From NCBI RefSeq assembly GCF_963921235.1, contig NC_086108.1, positions 70,494,001-70,558,000 of the forward strand: DNA of 64,000 nucleotides, read 5' to 3'. The position numbers and the translations under genes were made by a program. Every line of letters begins with the position of its first letter. Position 1 is the first letter of the stretch. Positions 56,133 through 64,000 of this stretch are shown here, piece after piece. The stretch comes from Mobula hypostoma. Its lineage: Eukaryota. The notes beneath the pieces are model-generated. The model saw nothing but the letters and a program-made list of their open reading frames with translations, was not told the origin of the DNA and searched no databases.

Positions 56133-58570
56133 ATTAGTCATAGTCATACTGTACTGATCCCGGGGGAAATTGGTTTTCATTACAGTTGCACCATAAATAA
56201 TTAAATAGTAATAAAACCATAAATAGTTAAATAGTAATACATAAATTATGCCAGGAAATAAGTCCAGGACCAGCCTATTGGCTCAGGGTGTCTGACCCTC
56301 CGAGGGAGGAGTTGTACAGTTTGATGGCCACAGGCAGGAATGACTTCCTATGATGCTCTGTGTTGCATCTCGGTGGAATGAGTCTCTGGCTGAATGTACT
56401 CCTGTGCCCAACCAGTCCATTATGTAGTGGATGGGAGACATTGTCCAAGATGGCATACAACTTGGACAGCATCCTCTTTACAACACCACCTTCAGAGAGT
56501 CCAGTTCCATCCCCACAACATCACTGGCCTCACGAATGAGTTTGTTGATTCTGTTGGTGTCTGCTACCCTCAGCCTGCTGCCCCAGCACATAACAGCCAA
56601 CATGATCACACTGGCCACCACAGACTCGTAGAACATCCTCAGCGTCGTCCGGCAGATGTTAAAGGACCTCAGTCTCCTCAGGAAATAGAGACGGCTCTGA
56701 CCCTTCTTGTAGACAGCCTCAGTGTTCTTTGACCAGTCCAGTTTAATGTCAATTCGTATCCCCAGGTATTTGTAATCCTCCACCATGTCCACATTGACCC
56801 CCTGGATGGAAACAGGGGTCACCGGTACCTTAGCTCTCCTCAGGTCTACCACCAGCTCCTTAGTCTTTTTCACATTAAGCTGCAGATAATTCTGCTCACA
56901 CTATGTAACAAAGTTTCCTACTGTAGCCCTGTACTCAGCCTCATCTCCCTTGCTGATGCATCCAACTATGGCAGAGTCATCAGAAAACTTCTGAAGATGA
57001 CAAGACTCTGTGCAGTAGTTGAAGTCCGAGCTGTAAATGGTGAAGAGAAAGGGAGACAAGACAGTCCCCTGTGGAGCCCCAGTGCTGCTGATCACTCTGT
57101 CGGACACACAGTGTTGCAAGCACACATATTGTGGTCTGCCAGTCAGGTAATCAAGAATCCATGAGACCAGGGAAGCATCCACCTGCATCGCTGTCTGCTT
57201 CTTCCTCAGCAGAGCAGGGCGGATGGTGTTGAACGCACTGGAGAAGTCAAAAAACATGACCCTCACAGTGCTCGCTGGCTTGTCCAGGTGGGCGTAGACA
57301 CGGTTCAGCAGGTAGACGATGGCATCCTCAACTCCTAGTCGGGGCTGGTAGGTGAACTGGAGGGGATCTAAGTGTGACCTGACCATAGGCCGGAGCAGCT
57401 CCAGAACAAGTCTCTCCCGGGTCTTCATGATGAGGGAGGTCAATGCCACCGGTCTGTAGTCATTGAGGCCGCTGGGGCGCGGCGTCTTCGGCACAGGGAC
57501 GAGGCAGGACGTCTTCCACAGTACAGGAACCCTCTGGAGCCTCAGGCTCAGGTTGAATACATGGCAAAGTACTCCACATAGCTGAGGCGCACAGGCTTTG
57601 AGCACCCTGGTACTGACACCATCCGGTCCTGCAGCCTTGCTTGGGTTGAGACGTTTCAGCTGTCTTCTCACCTGTTCAGCTGTGAAGCCCACCGTGGTGG
57701 TTTCGTGTGGGGAAGGGGTATAGTCATGAGAGCAGGGTAGGGGACTGTTTGGAGGGGTAGGAGGGGAGAGTGGAATATGTGTTGATTGGGGTCTGACAAC
57801 AGATGGCTCATGTGGGGGATGGGCAGGGGTCACAATGTCAAATCTGTTAAAGAACAGGTTAAGTTCATTGGCCCTGTCCACACTGCCTTCAGCTCCTCTG
57901 TTGCTAGTTTGCCGGAACCCAGTGATGGTCCTCATCCCCCTCCAGACCTCTGTCATGTTGTTCTGTTGGAGTTTCCACTCAAGCTTCCTCCTGTACCTGT
58001 CTTTAGCCTCCCTGATCCTGGCTTTCAGGTCCCTCTGTATTGCCCTCAGCTGCTCTCTATTTCCATCTCTAAACGCCCTCTTTTTAGTATTCAGGATGTC
58101 CTTAATGTCCTTTGTTACCCATGGCTTGTTATTTGAATAACAAAGGACAGTTCTTGTCAGAACATTACAGTCCACACAGAAGTTGATGTAATCAGTGATG
58201 CACTCTGTGAGTCCATCGATATCCTCTCCATGTGGCTCACAGAGTGTCTGCCAGTCTGTCACCTCAAAACGACCCTGGAGCGCCTCATAAGCCTCCTCCG
58301 ACCATTTCCTCACTGTCCTCGAGGTTGCAGGTTTACTCTTCACCAGAGGCACGTAGCAGGGTTTTAGAGGCACCAGGTTGTGATCTGACCCTCCCAAAGG
58401 GCGGAGGGGAGAGGAGCTGTATGCATCCTTAACGTTAGCGCACAGCAAATCCAGAGTCCTCTCCCCTCTGGTTGTACAGCTCACATACTGCGTGAAGTTG
58501 GGCAGTGTTCTAGCCATGATAACATGGTTGAAGTCACCCGAGATGGTAATGAGGGCACTCGGGTGCTGGG
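56133..58570 (-). mobile_element. Rex1/Babar LINE, 5'-truncated, well preserved
   Basis: A 538-aa ORF (GSDHN, KAAGPDGV, DYRPVALTS, FFDFSSAFNTI, GAPQGTVLSP, KFSDD) that continues in frame past isolated stops to 56275, with a (gactat)n tail. Confidence 0.92.
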
Positions 58571-58921
58571 TTAAGAGGAAACAAGACTACTGGCAACCCA
58601 ATGGGAGCACGTGTAAGCGTTGCATCAGGCTGAAGGAGTGCTCCAGCTCCTTTTACTGTTTTAAAAAAATATTATTATTGTGTTCTTTATCTTTTATGTT
58701 TTTCTGTGCTGCATCAGTTCCGGAATAACAATCATTTCGCTGTCCTTACTCTTGTGTAAAGGAAATGACATTAAACAACCTTGAAAATACATATCTTTTA
58801 GTGCATCAGTATGCGCCTTGCCTATCTATGAAAGTGTCTCCGATCCCCGCACTGTTTTCATTCATCCTGAGATCCCACTGAATCGGAGTCGTTGCGTTTT
58901 CCCAGTTTGTGTACTTTGGAC

Positions 58922-59215
58922 CGCCTGCACGCTGGGAGGCGCTGCAGTCACATTGTTCGCCGGGAGAGGAACGTTCCGTGTACGTGAGGCCGCCTGGTCG
59001 CTGGGAGGCGCTGCAGTCACATTGTTCGCCGGGAGAGGAGTGTTCCGTGTACGTGAGGCCGCCTGGTCGCTGGGAGGCGCTGCAGTCACATTGTTCGCCG
59101 GGAGAGGAGTGTTCCGTGTACGTGAGGCCGCCTGGTCGCTGGGAGGCGCTGCAGTCCCATTGTTCGCCGGGAGAGGGGTCCGCGTAAATTAGACCGCCTA
59201 GACGGAGGGAGGCGC
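58922..59215. repeat. 69-bp GC-rich tandem repeat, 3 near-perfect units + 1 diverged + 1 partial
   Basis: Unit cgcctggtcgctgggaggcgctgcagtcacattgttcgccgggagaggagtgttccgtgtacgtgaggc starting at 58922, 58991, 59060 and 59129. Confidence 0.95.
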
Positions 59216-59266
59216 TGTGAACGCTGTCTGGGAGGTCACCACCTCGTGGGGGCTTCTGGGATTGCA

Positions 59267-59396
59267 ATGGCGAACCGGACGGTGAAAGATGCGCACAGCA
59301 TCCATGGAACCAATCCGCAATATCTGATTGAAAAAATAATTCGCACTCGCATCTACGAGTCCAAGTATTGGAAGGAAGAATGTTTCGGGCTTACAG
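59267..59396 (+). CDS. PRPF38A: PRPF38A first coding exon (MANRTVKDAHSIHGTNPQYLIEKIIRTRIYESKYWKEECFGLT)
   Basis: Near-invariant PRP38 N-terminus, 130 nt, donor G|gtatag. Divergent from ORC1, as in human. Later exons lie beyond the window. Confidence 0.97.
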
Positions 59397-59449
59397 GTAT
59401 AGAACGATGGAGGATCAATCCGTAAGATTACAGTTGATCATAAATTCGA

Positions 59450-59610
59450 GAAAGTCTACAGATGCTGAAAATCCATTCAAAATGCTGGAGCAACTTAGCA
59501 GGTCAGAGAGCAGCTATGGAAATGAACACCTAATCCCATTTCGGGCCGAGATCTATCTGTTCGTTTCCGTAGATGCTGCCTGACCTGCTGACTTACTCCG
59601 GCATTTTGTG
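59450..59610. mobile_element. Old fold-back PLE-terminus remnant
   Basis: Inverted arms caaaatgctggagcaacttagcaggtcag...ctgacctgctgacttactccggcattttg, with central tttcgggccgaga (hammerhead stem II remnant). Confidence 0.6.
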
Positions 59611-59739
59611 AAAGATTACAGCTGAAGCGCATTTGGGCCGCGACCTCTTCAGTTTTATTCGGATGGGAACTGGTTGGTTGCTGTCGGCAGAGTGGCAAAG
59701 TCGTTGCTTGTTTACATTGGGAAATTTTAAAATAACCTT

Positions 59740-60540
59740 AAGTTTGGTCCGGTTTATGAGCATTGGGAATCCTTGACCAGGCGATGTGGTGTACAGCAAA
59801 GAACAATTGGGAAAACGGGCCAGGGAATGCAATTGAGATTTAACTCAGATAGGTGCGAAATGGTGGATCTTGGGGAGTTATACCAATGAAGGTCTTGAAC
59901 AGTAACTGACAAGGCCCTGAAACGTGTTGTAGTACAGAGAGGCCTATGATATAATTCATTGAAAATGGTAACACGGTAAGAAAGGGTGGTGAAGAAGGCG
60001 TTTGGTATGCTTGTCTTCCTTGGAGTACAAGAGTTGGGGTGTCATGTTATAGCTGCACAGGACATTGGTGTAACCACACTTGGGCAACAGATTCACAAAG
60101 ACGTTGGTGGGACTAGAGTGCTTGAGTTATAAGGAGAGGCTGGAACTTGTTTCTTGGGATTGAACCAGACTGAATGGTGACATTTTGAGTTTTATGAAAT
60201 AGTGAGGAGCATAGATAAGATGGATGGATAGTCGTGTTTTTCTTTCCCCCAGAAACGGCAAGTCTTAAACTAGAGTCATTGATTGTGAAATATTCAAAGG
60301 GGACCTGAGGAGAAGTTTTTCCACATGGAGGGTGGTGGCTTTCTGGAGCAAAAGGCCAGAGGAAGTGGTAGAGACAGGACCAACTACAACATTTATTTCA
60401 TATTGGGCAGTTTCATGAATAGGGAAGGTTTATATAAACGTGGGCCAAATTCAGGAAGATGAGACTAGGTTAGGTTGATATCTGGATTGGCATGGTTAAA
60501 TTGGGCTGGAGGGCCTGCATCTCTGCTGCAGAACTCTACA
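59740..60540 (+). mobile_element. Degraded CR1 3' fragment
   Basis: Residual CR1 3' motifs (gtggtgaagaaggcgtttggtatgcttg; ttgagttataaggagaggctgg). Confidence 0.65.
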
Positions 60541-62682
60541 CCTTTATACATAGTATTGAAATAGTAACGGCATAGAAGTTGTTTGGTACAAACTCATATC
60601 GGACGCAGTCAGAAAGTTAGGAAAGAGCAAGCATTTCAACTGTGCTATTCAATAAAATTGTGTGAGATTATCTTTGTGAAGGTGAAGATTGGGAGAATTT
60701 GACAGAGTGGAGTCAAGTTGAGGGTGACGTACTACTAAAGTTGCATAAACAATCTTTCATTTAGGTCTCAGAAATGCAATGAGTCTTGAAAGGGTAAGGC
60801 ATGTTAGTGGCTTTGCACCAGTGTTGGAATAGGCCATGTCATTCCAAATCTCTCAAATCCATTGCTTTCCATATTCATACCTACAGTGTCTCTGTCATGA
60901 TCTTTGCACCATTATTGGTGTTAGGGAGTTTTAAATTACTTTAATGTAGTTAATTTTTTTGTTCTTGTTTGGTCTTGATCTCTCAGGCTCTCATTTTATC
61001 TTTTGTATGTACATCAGTATATGCTGCTAACTGTTTTCCCTCATATCTTTGTCATTGTCATTTGCCTTTCCATTGCAAGGATTGCGGGTCATGATTACAT
61101 CTGTTATTATAGTTCAGTTTGCTCAATCACACTACATGAATAAAGATGTTGGGTCTTTTCCACAGGTCCTTTGACTGAATCTTAGTCCATTCTATATCTT
61201 TTCTTCACACTGCTTAAGATGATGCAGTGAACAGAGGTTACCTCTGGCTTTGGGAAGGCCAAAACTTGTTTTTGCTTCTTCTCACAAAATTTATTCTCTA
61301 ATCACTGATTCTGTTCTGCTCTCTGATGTTAGTCTGAAATTGAATTATCTTGTTTGCTGTTTTGCCGTTGTATTTGCTCCTGAAGTAAATTCTGATTAAT
61401 AAGACTAGTTACTGCCTGTTCCATAACCTTCTCCTAGTCTACCTCTGCCTGCGCACACCTGTTTTTGGTTTCTTACTTTTAGACCTTTTGCCTTTTGGAA
61501 ATATGATTTCCAAATGGGTGAATATTAGACTGGCCTTATATACAGTTGCAAGAAGAAGTTTGTGCACCCTTTGCAATTACCTGGTTTTCTGCATTAATTA
61601 CTCATGTGGTCTGATCTTTAGCTAAGTCACAATAATAGATAAACACAATCTGCCTAATCTGAAAACACACTAACAATTGTACTTTTAAGGTCTTTATTGA
61701 ACACATTGTTTAATCATTCAGAGTCTAAGTTAAAAAAGGTATGTGAACCTCTGGGTTGATGCCTTCTACAAAAGCTGTTTCAAGTCAGGCGTTCCAGTCA
61801 ATCAGTTGAGAATGGAGATGTGGGTTGTAAAGGTACCCTGCCTTATAAAAATGGCACACAAAGTCAGGTTGCTGACACAGCTTGCTCTTCTCAAGAAAGA
61901 TCTGTTTACGTACACCATATCTCATTCAAAACAACTTTCAGAGGACCTTAGTAGAGTTGTAGAGATGTATGAAGCATAGGGTACAAAAGCATTTCTAAAG
62001 GCCTAAGTATTCATCAGTCCACAGTAAGAGAAATTGTTGACAAATGGAGGAAATTCAGTAGTGTTGCTACTCTCCCTGGGAGTGGGCATCCTGCAAAGAT
62101 CACACCAAGAGCACAGCGTGCAATGCTGAAGGAGGTGAAAGAGAACCCAAGGGTAACAGCAAAAGTCCTGCAGAAATCTCTAGAACTTGCTAAAGTCTCT
62201 GTTCATGTGTCCACTATAAGGAAAACACTGAACAAGAATGGTGTTCATGGAAGGACACCACAGAGCAAACCACTGCTCTCCAAAAAAAGCATTACTGCAC
62301 GTCTCAAGTTGGGAAAAGATCATCTGGATGTTCCACAATGCTTCTGGGACAACGCTTTGTGGACAGTTGAGATAAAAGTTGAACTTTCCAACAGAAGCTA
62401 TATTTGGAAGAAAAAGGGCACTGCACACCAACATCAAAACCTCATCCCAATTGTGAAGCATGGAGGAAGGAGCATCATGGTTCGGGATGCTTTCCTGCCT
62501 CAGAGCCTGGACTGCTGCAATCGTTGAAGGAACAACGAATTCAAAAATCGTTCAACTTTTGTCTCAACTGTCCACAGAACATAGTCCCAGGACAATGTCA
62601 AGGTAGTGGTCAGTCACCAAAAGCTTCATAGAAATTGGATGATGCAACAAGACAATGATCTGAAATACCAAGAGTAAATCAA

Positions 62683-62838
62683 ACAACAGGAATTCTGCAG
62701 ATGCTGGAAATTCAAGCAACACACATCAAAGTTGCTGGTGAACGCAGCAGGCCAGGCAGCATCTCTAGGAAGAGGTGCAGTCGACGTTTCAGGCCGAGAC
62801 CCTTCGTCAGGACTGAAACGTCGACTGCACCTCTTCCT
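62683..62838 (-). mobile_element. PLE-terminus insertion in Tc1, 14-bp TSD, with short inverted duplication
   Basis: TSD caagagtaaatcaa at 62669-62682 and 62839-62852. Perfect 26-bp inverted repeat at 62767-62792 / 62813-62838. Confidence 0.85.
62778..62815 (-). ncRNA. Minimal type I hammerhead ribozyme motif (intact core)
   Basis: Minus strand reads CAGUC-CUGACGA-AGGGUCUCGGCCU-GAAAC-GUC-GACUG, with a 5-bp stem I. Confidence 0.8.
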
Positions 62839-64000
62839 CAAGAGTAAATCAACAACAGTTAGTTTAAAAAGAAGAAAATTCGTGTTTTGGAATGGCCAAG
62901 TCAGAGTCCAGACCTTAACCCAATTGAGATACTGTGGCATGACCTGAAGAGGGCTGTTCTTGCAAGGTATCCTGGAAATATTGATAGACTGAAACAGTTT
63001 TGCATGGAGGAATTGTCTAAAATTCCTGCCTGCCATTGAGCAAGTCTGATCAGTAGCTACAGGAAACGTTTGGTGGAGGTTATTGCTGCTAAAGGAGGTT
63101 CTACAGGTTATTAAATACAAGAGTTCATATACTCTTCCCAGCCTGGACTGTGAATAATTAAACAATATGTTCAATACAATCATGAAAAATGCAATTGTAT
63201 GTGTTTTATCAGTTTAGGCTGATTTTGTTTGTCTATTATTGTGATGTAGATGAAGATTAGACCACATTTTATGAGTAATTAATGCAGATAACCCTTGTGC
63301 AGATAATTGCAAAGGGTTCACAAACTTGTTCTTGTAGTTGTAGATATGAGATTATCCAAAGCTCAGCTGCCTTTGTCCTAACATTCACCAAGTCTCCTTC
63401 ACCCATCATTCCATTGCTATCCGACCCTGTAGCTGCTAGTAGAACGTCACTTGATTATTTGAAATCCTTCTGTGCTTTCATGCTCTCCTTCCTTGCTAAT
63501 CTCCATTTTATAATCTCTATTATAAGCATTCTCTCCCCCCCCCCCACAAAGTATGGTCAGCTCTAAATTTAATTCATTCACCAATGACAATTGACTCTTC
63601 AGCTACCAAGGTCCTGTGTTGAGGAAGTCCCTGCATCGACACCCTTGATTTTCTATCTCTCCTTCCTCAAAAGTTTTTACCAAGTTTTTGGTCATTCTCC
63701 TAAAATATCCACTCAGCAAAGTGTCAAATTTTGTGTAGTAATATTCTGGTTCTTGCTTTCTGGTATTTTTGGAAAGGTGTTTTACTTTACTGTTGTCATC
63801 TCGTACTCCTCCTCTGCCTTACTCTACTTCTGTTCTTACAGAATCACTGCTTTGCAACTTGGCAGCTCATCCCATGTATTTTACACCTGTTTCTTAAGTT
63901 CACTATTTTGTACAGTAACTAGTGCATGTGGTTTCTAGAAGCTTACATTTTGTATCAAAATTGTTTCATTTGTGTGTTGTAATAAATTGACTGAATATTT

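Larger units (their letters stand above)
61543..63340 (+). mobile_element. Tc1-family DNA transposon with long (~200 bp) TIRs and decayed transposase
   Basis: TA on both flanks and mutually inverted ends (..ccctttgcaatta / taattgcaaaggg..). Transposase motifs KENPRVTAK, STIRKTL, VKHGGRSIMV, QQDND, and a WPSQSPDLNPIE-like segment. Confidence 0.9.

Noticed and set aside
58922-59215. CRISPR-like array, or repeat protein ORFs (58806..59267, 58818..59192, 58909..59187)
   Set aside because: The units are contiguous with no unique spacers and the context is eukaryotic. The ORFs arise because a GC-rich 69-bp unit is a multiple of 3 and lacks stops.
59397-64000. PRPF38A exon 2
   Set aside because: No sequence encoding the expected AELVVDKAMEL-like peptide was found, so it is presumably beyond the window.

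Overview
Vertebrate genomic DNA. The repeat families suggest a cartilaginous fish, probably a ray (inference). It contains three host genes in the same order and orientation as human 1p32. CC2D1B has its first coding exon on the minus strand (4971-5036). ORC1 is complete on the minus strand: 16 coding exons, 52753->10496, 2553 nt, 850 aa, with every junction GT-AG and frame-consistent. PRPF38A has its first coding exon on the plus strand (59267-59396). Introns and intergenic DNA are mostly transposable elements: a near-intact full-length L1 with TSD, many CR1, Rex1/Babar and RTE LINE pieces (several nested), Tigger, Tc1 and hAT DNA transposons, and tRNA-derived SINEs. The most notable signal, invisible in the ORF track, is a family of short Penelope-like-element (PLE) termini carrying a minimal type I hammerhead ribozyme. 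Two copies have a fully intact catalytic core and TSDs. One of them lies in sense orientation about 67 nt inside an ORC1 intron. Several copies form fold-back palindromes whose inversion points fall at the ribozyme. A 69-bp GC-rich tandem repeat with CTCF-like motifs sits directly upstream of the PRPF38A start codon. All calls were made by eye without database searches, and most TE boundaries are approximate.
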